From Candidatus Fimenecus sp. (GTDB taxonomy: Bacteria > Bacillota > Clostridia > Oscillospirales > Acutalibacteraceae): a DNA stretch of 64,000 bases. Below are positions 9,027 through 18,260 of the stretch, piece after piece. Positions within the stretch are counted from its first letter, which is position 1. The number at the start of each line of letters is the position of its first letter. The position numbers and the translations under genes are program-made. The notes beneath the pieces are model-generated. The model was not told the DNA's origin. It searched no databases and saw nothing but the letters and a program-made list of their open reading frames with translations. The stretch lies in NCBI GenBank assembly GCA_045579305.1, contig JAZNLY010000056.1, positions 29,102-93,101 of the forward strand, read 5' to 3'.

Positions 9027-9121
9027 TTTTAAAACTCCTTATATTCGGATTTTGGGCATAACTAAACAAGCAGTTATACTGCCCCAATTAACGTATATTA
9101 TATTAAATATTTCCATTCGTG

Positions 9122-9886
9122 TCAAGAGAAATGAATATCTGACACACACTTTTTTTCCTTATTCACCGTGATTATGTCAAAAAAACAATCCTCCAGTGAA
9201 AACACACCACAAAGTTCATATAATGCAGAATAAAAATCGTACTTTGCAACTCTTTCAGGCAACAGTTTTTCATACATCTCCGGGACACGAAAATCAGAAC
9301 CGTCAAAAATATTCAGATTATTGTTTTCGCAGATAATTGTCATTACATTTTTATTCGCATTTATTCTGACTGTTGCATTATTATCAGAATCTGTTAATAC
9401 CGGACACAGTCCACTGTTTTCAGTTATCTCTTCACATACGTCATAATATTTTTCTTTCTGCAGGGTTGATATAGCAAGAGTCGAAGCATATTTCGTGAGC
9501 TTTTTCGTAAAATCAGTATATTTACCATTATCATCTGAAACTGAAACACTCACAGTATTATTTTTCAAATTATTACCGAGAATTCTCAGAAATGTATTTT
9601 TCATCATCTTATCATAAAGCACATTGCTTTCAAAAAAGCCCAAATTCATTCCCTGTGGCAAGTCAATGCATTCTGTTGCAACCATCCGTCCTGCACATCT
9701 TCCAACCTGTGAAATAACATTTTCCCAACGTATTCCCCTTTTGCCCACGGAAACATCCATAATGTAAAATGGAGCGCCTTTATAAACAGGAATGGTCTGC
9801 ACATCATATCTATCTTTCATAAGACACCCGAATATTTTTTCAAAAAAAGTATTATCCCTTCTTTTCACATTCAAAACACAAAACAT
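9122..9886 (-). CDS. Hypothetical cytoplasmic protein
   Basis: 254-aa ORF with a GGGGGA RBS before the ATG at 9886. No TM segment, signal peptide or motif that I recognise. Co-oriented 41 nt downstream of the S41 gene. Confidence 0.5.
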   Translation of the reverse strand: MFCVLNVKRRDNTFFEKIFGCLMKDRYDVQTIPVYKGAPFYIMDVSVGKRGIRWENVISQVGRCAGRMVATECIDLPQGMNLGFFESNVLYDKMMKNTFLRILGNNLKNNTVSVSVSDDNGKYTDFTKKLTKYASTLAISTLQKEKYYDVCEEITENSGLCPVLTDSDNNATVRINANKNVMTIICENNNLNIFDGSDFRVPEMYEKLLPERVAKYDFYSALYELCGVFSLEDCFFDIITVNKEKKCVSDIHFS

Positions 9887-9927
9887 AAAAATTCCCCCTG
9901 CACTATGTTATGCAGAGGGATTATATT

Positions 9928-11133
9928 TTATTTTTCACTGCTTAAAAGACTTAATGCCGTTTGCAACTGTGTATCTTCTTGTAACGTAAGCATTTCAAGT
10001 CTTGAAAGATGTTCTGCACCGAGTTCAACCTTATAATCGGGCTCAAGTCCTGTACCATTATAGCTTTCACTCTTATATGGAAGGAGATTTGCAACTGTCA
10101 GAGCTATTGCACTACCGTCATCAAGCTCAAAGATTTTTTGCATTGTGCCATTACCTGCAGTTTTATCTCCCACAAGCTGTGCCAAACCAAAATCTCTTAA
10201 ATCACAGGCAAAAAGCTCAGCAGCACCGGATGTTTTTGAATTAACGAGAACAATCATTGCAAAAGCCGTACTTTTAGAGTCAGATGTGAATATCTCCATT
10301 GTCTTTCCATCCTTGTCAACGGCAGTAGCTATTGCCTTATTGCCTTCGGTTGCCACAGGAACGAGCACATCAATGCATTTTGCAACATTGGAAATAAGAC
10401 CTGTATCATTATTTCTCACATCAAACACTACAGATGTAACATCACTTTTACTCATATAATCAAGGGCTTCTGTCAACTGGTCGACAGTTGTGCTGTAAAA
10501 AGCTGTTATTCTGATATAACCCACGTCGTTATATTGGCCATAAAACACTGTCTGTGCCGAATAACCTCTTGCGACAGATACGGTTGTACTTGTTCCTTCG
10601 TGAGAAAAAGTCACCTCAACATTAGTAAGCTTTTCGCCCTCGAGATTCTGAAGAAGTTCTTTGTAGTTTGAGGATGTGACATCTACCGAGTCCACAGCTG
10701 TTATAATGTCTCCCTTCTGAATTCCCTGAAGATGTGCAGGAGAACCAACGGACACTTCAGAAACATAAAGTCCATTATTTTTACTGTCGTATACGGCAAC
10801 AACACCTATTCCTCGTTTATTACCCTTTTCTTCATCTTTGTACTGAGAATACTCACCAGCTGTCATGTAGTAGCTATATTTATCACCTATACCGTTAATG
10901 TATCCGTCAGACAACATTGATTTAAGAAAGTTTTCGTTTATATCACCAAAGTAGTTTTTACGAACAATCTCATCAATATCCGAAATTGTAGAGTGAACAT
11001 CCGAACGTTGAGCAACATCCTTGATTATATCGTTATAGACCCTCATAGCTACCATCATAGTCACTGTTATAGATAATGCGACAGACAGGAAAACGCAGGA
11101 CAAAGCGAGACCTAATGAAATTTTTTTATTCAC
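9928..11133 (-). CDS. S41 (C-terminal processing peptidase) family protein with PDZ domain, catalytic dyad apparently substituted
   Basis: N-terminal TM anchor. PDZ (GIGVV...GSPAHLQGIQKGDIITAVD). S41 core VLVNSKTSGAAELFA...GDKTAGNGTMQ. The Ser position is G303 and the Lys position is N328; Q332 is retained. Confidence 0.85.
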   Translation of the reverse strand: MNKKISLGLALSCVFLSVALSITVTMMVAMRVYNDIIKDVAQRSDVHSTISDIDEIVRKNYFGDINENFLKSMLSDGYINGIGDKYSYYMTAGEYSQYKDEEKGNKRGIGVVAVYDSKNNGLYVSEVSVGSPAHLQGIQKGDIITAVDSVDVTSSNYKELLQNLEGEKLTNVEVTFSHEGTSTTVSVARGYSAQTVFYGQYNDVGYIRITAFYSTTVDQLTEALDYMSKSDVTSVVFDVRNNDTGLISNVAKCIDVLVPVATEGNKAIATAVDKDGKTMEIFTSDSKSTAFAMIVLVNSKTSGAAELFACDLRDFGLAQLVGDKTAGNGTMQKIFELDDGSAIALTVANLLPYKSESYNGTGLEPDYKVELGAEHLSRLEMLTLQEDTQLQTALSLLSSEK

Positions 11134-11227
11134 AGGATATCATCCTTTACTCTCTTCTTTTAAAGTTAGCGAGCATAACCCAAAAATCATTCCGGATTAT
11201 ACTCGCCAATTAGTTTTTAAAAATATT

Positions 11228-12586
11228 TTATATAAGTGGGTATGGCATATAGAGTTCAGGATTAACTCGGCTACCATTTCTACGCATTTCGAAGTGGAGA
11301 TGTGCACCAGCAACAGGGTTTGATGCTGATGGACGTGGCCAACAGTTACCTGTATTACCTGCAAGACCAATAACCTGACCCTGTACAACCTTTGCGCCAA
11401 CGCCAACATATCTTGCATCCATATGGGCATAAAGTGAGCTCATACCATTACCATGGTCAATATTGATATAGTTACCATATGTTGAAGCTGCATAAGTTGA
11501 CTTTGTAACTGTACCGGATGCAGCAGCATGTAGCTTTGCACCCTTTGTTGTATAATATGTTTTTCCGTTAACAACTCTGTTTTTAGGAGCAACAAAGTCA
11601 ACGGAAGCTGTACCTCTTGAAGAGTGGCTTGCGAATGTTGCAGAATATCTTACAGCACCATCCTGTAAAGGACAGATGAAGCCTCTTGATGATTTACGGA
11701 AGCTATGGTTTGTAGGGCCGTTGTCAATAATACCACTACCTGTTGAACCTGTACTACCGATTATCTGGTCAAGTCCTGCAGAAAATTCAGCTTTTTCTCT
11801 TTCAGCCTTTTCAATCAATTGCTGATAGTACGCATCCTGCTGATTGTAGTTAGCAAGTATACTGTTCTGCTTTTTAAGGTTTGCTTCGTTTTCAGACTGA
11901 GAAGATTCAAGTTCCTTCATTTTAACATCAAGAACTGCCATTTCAGCCTTCTGTTCAGCACGGTCTGCCTCAACGGCAGTCTGCTTTTCATCAATTTCTC
12001 CACGTTTTTTATCGAGGTCATCAATCATAGACTTAAGTTTTGCAACTAAATCCTGGAGACTATTGATTATAGCTGTGTCACGTGCCGCAACCTGACGGAG
12101 AAACTCTGTTCTTGCAAGAAAATCTGAAAAGTCCTTTGCACTCAAGAAAATTTCAAGCTCCGATGTTTCACCTGCCATATAAGTAGCTCTCATACGCTGT
12201 TTGAGAAGCTCCTGTGCTTCACCGATTTTAACATTCTGGTCATCCACCTGGTCATCAATCACCTTAATTTCTGACTCAAGTTCCTTAATGTTCTTTTCAT
12301 ATCCGTCAATTTCAGTTGTCAAATCATCAATGTTTTTCTGAATCGGAACCATTTCGTCTTCAAGAGCACTGATTTTTTGGTCAAGCAAACGGCTGATTTC
12401 CTGCAAACTTGCAATTTCTTTTTTAGCGTCTTTCTGACCCTGGTCATTTGCAGCCATTTCTTTTTCATATTTTTTGATTTCTGCATTTATATCAGCAATA
12501 GTTCTTGCTGAACCTGAAAAAGGAATTGCAGTAAATACGAGTATGAATGCTACAAGTACAGAAAAGATTTTCGTACTAATTTTCAC
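11228..12586 (-). CDS. Coiled-coil M23/LytM-domain protein (EnvC/PcsB-like FtsEX partner)
   Basis: Signal/anchor, then ~270 aa of coiled coil, then a C-terminal M23 domain (NIDHGNGMSSLYAHM, GAHLHFEMR). Confidence 0.85.
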   Translation of the reverse strand: MKISTKIFSVLVAFILVFTAIPFSGSARTIADINAEIKKYEKEMAANDQGQKDAKKEIASLQEISRLLDQKISALEDEMVPIQKNIDDLTTEIDGYEKNIKELESEIKVIDDQVDDQNVKIGEAQELLKQRMRATYMAGETSELEIFLSAKDFSDFLARTEFLRQVAARDTAIINSLQDLVAKLKSMIDDLDKKRGEIDEKQTAVEADRAEQKAEMAVLDVKMKELESSQSENEANLKKQNSILANYNQQDAYYQQLIEKAEREKAEFSAGLDQIIGSTGSTGSGIIDNGPTNHSFRKSSRGFICPLQDGAVRYSATFASHSSRGTASVDFVAPKNRVVNGKTYYTTKGAKLHAAASGTVTKSTYAASTYGNYINIDHGNGMSSLYAHMDARYVGVGAKVVQGQVIGLAGNTGNCWPRPSASNPVAGAHLHFEMRRNGSRVNPELYMPYPLI

Positions 12587-13481
12587 TCACAACACTCCCT
12601 TGTTCTTTAAGATATTTGCCCATAGAAATAAGGCTACCTACGGAACCTGTGAACATACCAATCGCTAAGAATAACAACAAGATGTATCCAGCATATGGAC
12701 GGAATGCAACAGGCTCAAATAATTCAAGAAGGTCTTGGAATATATAAGCAACACCATAATAAAGTCCTGCAAGTACTCCAAAAGAGACCAAACTGGAAAT
12801 ACCACCTATAACAATGCCTTCAATCATGAATGGCCAACGGATAAACCAGTTTGTAGCACCAACGGCTTTCATAATACTGATTTCAAGTTTTCGTGAGAAC
12901 ATTGTAATACGGATTGTGTTTGCAATAATAAAGAGTGACACTACAAACAGAAGTATAACCATACCTAATATTACAACAGTAACTGCCTTACGAATATCAA
13001 TAAGCTTATCTGCAACGTCGCTGTTTTCTCTGACAGTGTCAACGTAGTCAAGTCCTTCTAATCCTTTTACAGTTTTTCTGAAAAGTGACATATCCTTTAC
13101 GACTACTTTGAATGCATCGGGCATTGGATTTTCCATACCTTCAAGAAGTACGGCATCTTCACCCATTTCTTCTTTACTTTTTTCAAAAGCTTCTTCTTTT
13201 GAAACGAAGACACATTCTTCAACATTTCCAAGGTCGATGACATTCTTCTTCAATTCATCAATCTGTGGGTCAGTTGTATTATCCTCTATGTAAACCATAA
13301 TAACGTTCTGACTTTCAATACTATCAAGCAATGCATTAATATTGAAGAAAAGCATTGAACCAAGTCCGATAATTACAAGACAAGCCATAAGAACTGTGAT
13401 TGACGCCAATGACATCAATCTGTTTACCCAGACGTTACGGAAACCTTCTTTTGTTAAATAACCTAAACTTGCACCTTTCAC
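12576..13481 (-). CDS. ftsX: Cell division permease-like protein FtsX
   Basis: 301 aa with 4 TM segments and a large extracellular loop. Overlaps the ftsE stop (ATGA). Confidence 0.9.
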   Translation of the reverse strand: MKGASLGYLTKEGFRNVWVNRLMSLASITVLMACLVIIGLGSMLFFNINALLDSIESQNVIMVYIEDNTTDPQIDELKKNVIDLGNVEECVFVSKEEAFEKSKEEMGEDAVLLEGMENPMPDAFKVVVKDMSLFRKTVKGLEGLDYVDTVRENSDVADKLIDIRKAVTVVILGMVILLFVVSLFIIANTIRITMFSRKLEISIMKAVGATNWFIRWPFMIEGIVIGGISSLVSFGVLAGLYYGVAYIFQDLLELFEPVAFRPYAGYILLLFLAIGMFTGSVGSLISMGKYLKEQGSVVSEN

Positions 13482-14512
13482 TGAACGTCACCTCCGTCAT
13501 TTTTATCCTCAGTTTCTGCGGAAGCTTCGTTAAATGATACAGTAACATCCTCCACACCATATGATTTCATGAAATCCTCAAGGTCCTTATCACTGTTTGG
13601 CTGATGATAGAAGGATGTCTGTTTTGCATCGTCATCATCAAGTTCAAGAAGTGATGTAATAACTTCATCTTTCATCTGGTCAACAGTATTCTGAAGCTCC
13701 TGTTCTGCTGCTTCTTTCATTTCAGCCTGAGTTTCATAAGTTACAGTATGCTCTTCCTTCTGTGTTTCTTCCACATATTGTTTAGCAACAGTGTCTGAAA
13801 CAACTTCACCCTGGTTAATTGTGATAACACGATGGTTAAATCGACGAACAAGTTCGTGTTCATGAGTAACCATAACAACAGTTGTGCCATTAGCATTGAT
13901 ATGATTCAACAAATCAACGATTTCATATGACATCTCAGGGTCAATATTACCTGTAGGCTCGTCGGCGATGATAATACCTGCATTATTAACAAGAGCACGT
14001 GCAAGAGCTACTCTCTGCTGCTCACCACCTGAAAGCTGTGTTGGTAACTGTCTTGCCTTTGATGTAAGACCAACAAGGCTCAATACATATGGAACTCTCT
14101 TTCTTATATCCTTTTCCTTTGAGCCGATAACACGCATTGCGAACGCAACATTGTCATATACAGTCATATTAGGAATAAGACGGAAGTCCTGGAAAACGAT
14201 ACCCATTGTTCTTCTGAACTTTGGAATCTCTCTCCTTTTCATCTTATTCAGATTGAAATTATTGATTATTACGGAACCGCTGGAAGCAACCTGCTCTCTC
14301 ATAATAATCTTCAGGAATGTACTTTTACCTGCACCTGATGAACCTACAATGAAAACGAATTCACCGTCTTCAATTTTAAGGGAAACATCACGGAGAGCAT
14401 TTGTGCCACTATCATATGTTTTTGATACGTTTTTAAATTCAATCACGATATGCACCTTATCCTTTGTTTTAATTAAAATCTGGCTTTGGCCACAATAACT
14501 CACAATAGTCAT
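13478..14512 (-). CDS. ftsE: Cell division ATP-binding protein FtsE with long acidic C-terminal extension
   Basis: Walker A GSSGAGKST, signature LSGGEQQR, Walker B IIIADEP. The likely true start is the GTG at 14446 (V/MIEFKNVSKTY) after AAGG. About 100 extra C-terminal residues. Confidence 0.92.
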   Translation of the reverse strand: MTIVSYCGQSQILIKTKDKVHIVIEFKNVSKTYDSGTNALRDVSLKIEDGEFVFIVGSSGAGKSTFLKIIMREQVASSGSVIINNFNLNKMKRREIPKFRRTMGIVFQDFRLIPNMTVYDNVAFAMRVIGSKEKDIRKRVPYVLSLVGLTSKARQLPTQLSGGEQQRVALARALVNNAGIIIADEPTGNIDPEMSYEIVDLLNHINANGTTVVMVTHEHELVRRFNHRVITINQGEVVSDTVAKQYVEETQKEEHTVTYETQAEMKEAAEQELQNTVDQMKDEVITSLLELDDDDAKQTSFYHQPNSDKDLEDFMKSYGVEDVTVSFNEASAETEDKNDGGDVQ

Positions 14513-14624
14513 TGTCGGATTGATTATACCACAAAATGTTATTTTTGTAACCCTTTTTTAAAATTTGTTAACATTATTCGTCACTTTGCACAAATATTAC
14601 GCGCGTCTTTACAACAAAACTAAC

Positions 14625-14653
14625 GAAAAAGGAGAAGTATTGCCACTTCTCCT
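14625..14653 (-). terminator. Rho-independent terminator after the PucR-family gene
   Basis: Stems AGGAGAAGT (14630-14638) and ACTTCTCCT (14645-14653), with a U-run on the minus-strand transcript. Confidence 0.65.
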
Positions 14654-14669
14654 TAATATAATAGACATA

Positions 14670-15755
14670 TTAATACTTAATAGGATTAGCATCAAGGTAT
14701 TTTTTAACCATCAATGCTACTTTAAATACAATTGCATCATCAAATTCACGAAGGTCAAGACCTGTAAGTTTCTTGATTTTTTCAAGACGATAAACAAGTG
14801 TATTTCTGTGTACAAACAATTTTCTTGATGTTTCTGAAACATTAAGATTGTTCTCAAAGAATTTCTGAATTGTGAAAAGGGTTTCGTGGTCAAGACTTTC
14901 AATTGACCCACGCTTGAAAATTTCATGAAGGAACATTTCACAAAGTGTTGTAGGAAGCTGATAAATAAGTCTTGCGATACCAAGATTATCATAACTTACA
15001 ATTGTCTTTTCTGTGTCAAACACCTTACCCACTTCAAGTGAAACCTGAGCTTCACGATATGAACGGGCTAATTCCTTGATACTGTCAATAGCTGTACCGA
15101 TACCAACAAGTACATGAGTATAATACTCTGTTCCAAGTGAATCAGCAATTGAACGAGCAAGTTTTTCAAGGTCTTTTGTTTCGATATTATTCTTAACTTC
15201 TTTAACAAGAGCGATATCAGTTTCATTGATATTAATTACAAAATCTTTTGACTTATCCGGGAACAAGTCCTGAATAATATCAAATACAGAAACATCGTTC
15301 TTTTCTGTAATTCTGATTAAAAGAACAGCACGTGTAACATCATTACTGAAATGAAGTTCCCTTGCCTTTATATAGATATCCCCCGGAAGAATATTATCAA
15401 GAATAATATTTTTGATAAAGTTACCACGGTCATACTTCTCATCATAATACTGTTTGATTGTAGAAAGCGAAACAGAAAGAACGCCAACATATCTGTCGGC
15501 AGTTATATCATCACCCTCAACAAAAACCGCATATGCAGGGTGCATCTGTGTCCCGAAACTCTTGTATGTATATCCGTCCACAACAATTTTTTCTGTAGAT
15601 GCAAAAACTTCAGCCACAGCGTTGGACTGCACTTCACCGATTCGTCCCAACTCACTACAGGAAATAACAGTACCTGTCTCATCAATTGTGCCGAATGTTC
15701 TTTCAACAACATCTGACATCTGATGAACAACTCCCTGAAACAATCTGTTTGACAT
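14670..15755 (-). CDS. PucR/CdaR-family transcriptional regulator
   Basis: 361 aa. C-terminal PucR-type HTH: NVSETSRKLFVHRNTLVYRLEKIKKLTGLDL. Confidence 0.8.
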   Translation of the reverse strand: MSNRLFQGVVHQMSDVVERTFGTIDETGTVISCSELGRIGEVQSNAVAEVFASTEKIVVDGYTYKSFGTQMHPAYAVFVEGDDITADRYVGVLSVSLSTIKQYYDEKYDRGNFIKNIILDNILPGDIYIKARELHFSNDVTRAVLLIRITEKNDVSVFDIIQDLFPDKSKDFVININETDIALVKEVKNNIETKDLEKLARSIADSLGTEYYTHVLVGIGTAIDSIKELARSYREAQVSLEVGKVFDTEKTIVSYDNLGIARLIYQLPTTLCEMFLHEIFKRGSIESLDHETLFTIQKFFENNLNVSETSRKLFVHRNTLVYRLEKIKKLTGLDLREFDDAIVFKVALMVKKYLDANPIKY

Positions 15756-15799
15756 CGTTATACCACCTTTTATACAAATTCACAATTACATTCCTATGT

Positions 15800-15828
15800 A
15801 TTTTACACAATAAAATACGTTTTTGCAA
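15800..15828 (-). promoter_or_regulatory. Candidate promoter of the PucR-family gene
   Basis: On the minus strand: TTGCAA (15823-15828), 17-nt spacer, TAAAAT (15800-15805). Confidence 0.4.
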
Positions 15829-15956
15829 GTGAATTTTTGATATTTTCTAACTTTTTTCAAACATTTTACACAAAAATTTCCGTTTTTTTTGTATAATACA
15901 CGCATTTTGAGCCTTTTTTTGCCTTAATTTTCTTTGTTGAAAATGACTAATAGTCT

Positions 15957-16670
15957 TTATATCTGTGACACTTTCAAAAGCTCTTCGGGGGTAATTTCAC
16001 GACACTCGCCGGGTTTTAATGTACTATCCAGTTCAAGATTTCCCATCTTAAGACGATGAAGGGAAACAACCTTATTGCCTCTTGCCGCAAACATTCTTTT
16101 CACCTGATGATATTTACCCTCACAAATCATAATCTTCACAAAAGGCTTGTCCCTTGTCTGCATTTTCTCCACTTTTGCCTCTTTCAGCACTGTACCGTCA
16201 CCGAGAGTAATGCCGTTTTCAAGTGATTCTATATCTTCCTGAGTCAATTCATGCTCAAGCTCTGCAACATAAGTTTTGAAAATATGATTTTTCGGTGACA
16301 ATATTCTATGGGCAAAATCACCATCATCAGTTATAAGAACAAAGCCCGTTGTATCCTTATCAAGTCTCCCTGCAGGAAAAAGTCCTTTTCTGAAAAGCTC
16401 ATCCGGCACTAAATCCACAACAGTTTCATCCTTGTCGCTATCACTTGCAGAAACAACACCCGCGGGTTTATTGAGCATTATATAAATATGCTTTTTCAGT
16501 GAAATCAGAATGCCGTCTACAAACACTTCGTCCACATTTTCATCTATTTTCACAGAACTATCCTTCACGACTTTTCCATTTACAGATATTCTGCCTTTTT
16601 TCATCATTTCTTTCACATCACGACGGGATAATGTTCCTTGTGACGCGAGAATTTTATCAAGTCTTTCCAT
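15957..16670 (-). CDS. rRNA pseudouridine synthase (RsuA/RluB family)
   Basis: S4 domain at the N-terminus. Catalytic motif GRLDKDTTGFVLITDDG. Confidence 0.9.
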   Translation of the reverse strand: MERLDKILASQGTLSRRDVKEMMKKGRISVNGKVVKDSSVKIDENVDEVFVDGILISLKKHIYIMLNKPAGVVSASDSDKDETVVDLVPDELFRKGLFPAGRLDKDTTGFVLITDDGDFAHRILSPKNHIFKTYVAELEHELTQEDIESLENGITLGDGTVLKEAKVEKMQTRDKPFVKIMICEGKYHQVKRMFAARGNKVVSLHRLKMGNLELDSTLKPGECREITPEELLKVSQI

Positions 16671-16676
16671 ATTTCA

Positions 16677-17168
16677 TCAAGTTTTTGAAAACCCGTGCAT
16701 AAATCCATCGATTCTGACTGAGCAGATATCTCCACCGATTACTTTCCCATCATAAACCAGTATGTTGGCATGGATGCAATCCTGATTTTCATACCCTTCA
16801 TAGTTTTTTACAATATAAGTCCAGCATTTTACTCTTTTTTCTGCAAAAGCAGTCAGGTCAAACCCCTGTTTCTTCTGAATGTCGTTATAAGCAACATAAG
16901 TGTCACTGAATTCAGCAGGAATAATAATTTCTTTAATCTCAATAGGGTCCTCCTCAACTTCCCATCCAAACTGGGAAATAAAACCCATACGCTCTTCGTG
17001 AGAATCTGCATTAAAAGACAACTCATTCATACTAGATGTCTGTTGGCTTTCCTTTGAAAGTATAAACAGAGAAATAACCGTCATCAAAACAAAAGCCATA
17101 AGTATTCCCACTTTTATCTGCCCTGACTTTACTGAATACACAAACATAAATATACACCTCGAACACAA
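16677..17168 (-). CDS. DUF4830-like membrane-anchored protein
   Basis: One TM segment. Pattern FISQFGWEVEEDPIEIKEIIIP..F..Y..YN.IQKKQGFDL...ANILVYDGKVIGGDI, as I recall for DUF4830. Confidence 0.5.
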   Translation of the reverse strand: MCSRCIFMFVYSVKSGQIKVGILMAFVLMTVISLFILSKESQQTSSMNELSFNADSHEERMGFISQFGWEVEEDPIEIKEIIIPAEFSDTYVAYNDIQKKQGFDLTAFAEKRVKCWTYIVKNYEGYENQDCIHANILVYDGKVIGGDICSVRIDGFMHGFSKT

Positions 17169-17226
17169 TTTATATAAATAAATATGCTACGAGGTGTACT
17201 TCTTATGATATTAAATATCCAATGAA

Positions 17227-17760
17227 TTATTCATCAACGCGTCTTGCCTGTGCTGCAGCTTTAAGGTGCTGACGTGCACGACGGATTTCGTTAACAGAAT
17301 TTGTGAGAGATTCGTCAGCAACAGCAACAATGTTTTCCACATATTCGCTTGCGCTCTGGCGCATCTCTTTTGACCAGTTTCTAGCCTGCTCTGTAAGTTC
17401 AGCAGCAGACGCTCTTGCCTGTTCAACGATTTCGTTAGCAGTCTGTCTTGCCTGCTGGATAATTTCTTCAGCCTGCATTTCTGCTCCTCTTGTGATTTCG
17501 TCTTCAGAAATGATTTCCTTCGCTCTTGTATGTGCCTGTTCAATAATCTTGTCAGCATTATCCTGAGCGCCTGTAAGGATTTCCTTTCTTTCTGAAGCTA
17601 TCTTTCTTGCCTGCATAAGTTCTTCAGGCATATTGAGTCTGATGTCTTCAATAGCTGTTTTGATAGCCTCTGCATCAACGAGAAGATTGGAAGTGAACGG
17701 AACTGTTTTTCCTTCTTCAAGTATAGATTCGATTTCTTCAAGCAAGTTTTCTATTGTCAT
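17227..17760 (-). CDS. Coiled-coil protein of unknown function
   Basis: 177 aa. Repetitive A/E/Q/R-rich helices (IIEQAHTRAKEII, IIQQARQTANEIVEQARASAAEL). Start overlaps the coaD stop. Confidence 0.45.
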   Translation of the reverse strand: MTIENLLEEIESILEEGKTVPFTSNLLVDAEAIKTAIEDIRLNMPEELMQARKIASERKEILTGAQDNADKIIEQAHTRAKEIISEDEITRGAEMQAEEIIQQARQTANEIVEQARASAAELTEQARNWSKEMRQSASEYVENIVAVADESLTNSVNEIRRARQHLKAAAQARRVDE

Positions 17761-18260
17761 TTGCTTACACCCCTTTTAATTCTTTCTACTATATCTTTAC
17801 AAATTATTTCAGGAACAAAATCACTTATGTCCCCACCTAATTCGCAAATCTGCTTTACTGCGCTTGAACTGAGATACAGATTTTCAACCCTTGTGTTGAT
17901 AAATACTGTTTCAAGCTCACTATTTAATTTTTTATTCATCTGTGCCTGCTGGAATTCGTATTCAAAGTCCGACACAGCACGAAGTCCCTTGACAACGGCA
18001 ACAGCGTTCTTCATCCTGGCATATTCTGCCAGGAGACCTTCATAGATATCCACCTCAACATTGGGGAAGTCTTTAGTGCAACGTTTTATAAGTTCAGCTC
18101 TTTCCTCATAAGAGAAGCAGAAATTTGTTTTTGTGGGATTTTTCATAACAACCACAATAACATGGTCAAATAACTTTGCACTTCTTCTGATAATATCAAG
18201 ATGTCCGTTTGTAACCGGGTCAAAACTACCCGGACAAATTACAGTTTTCATATTTTTCAC
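17757..18260 (-). CDS. coaD: Phosphopantetheine adenylyltransferase
   Basis: CPGSFDPVTNGHLDIIRR motif. 167 aa. Confidence 0.95.
   Translation of the reverse strand: MKNMKTVICPGSFDPVTNGHLDIIRRSAKLFDHVIVVVMKNPTKTNFCFSYEERAELIKRCTKDFPNVEVDIYEGLLAEYARMKNAVAVVKGLRAVSDFEYEFQQAQMNKKLNSELETVFINTRVENLYLSSSAVKQICELGGDISDFVPEIICKDIVERIKRGVSK

Noticed and set aside
9040-9100. Imperfect hairpin in the greA 5' leader (GGCAGTATAACT...AGTTATGCC) as an attenuator
   Set aside because: The stem is bulged and has no following U-run, so the evidence is insufficient.
13968-14498. 176-aa plus-strand ORF, and similar long antisense ORFs at 27423..28070, 33099..33707, 36134..36550, 39031..39525, 40491..40958 and 20492..20983
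   Set aside because: All lie fully inside high-confidence minus-strand genes (ftsE, mutS2, yqfD, ftsZ, murA, murG, uvrC). They have Ser/Pro/Ile-rich shadow-frame composition.
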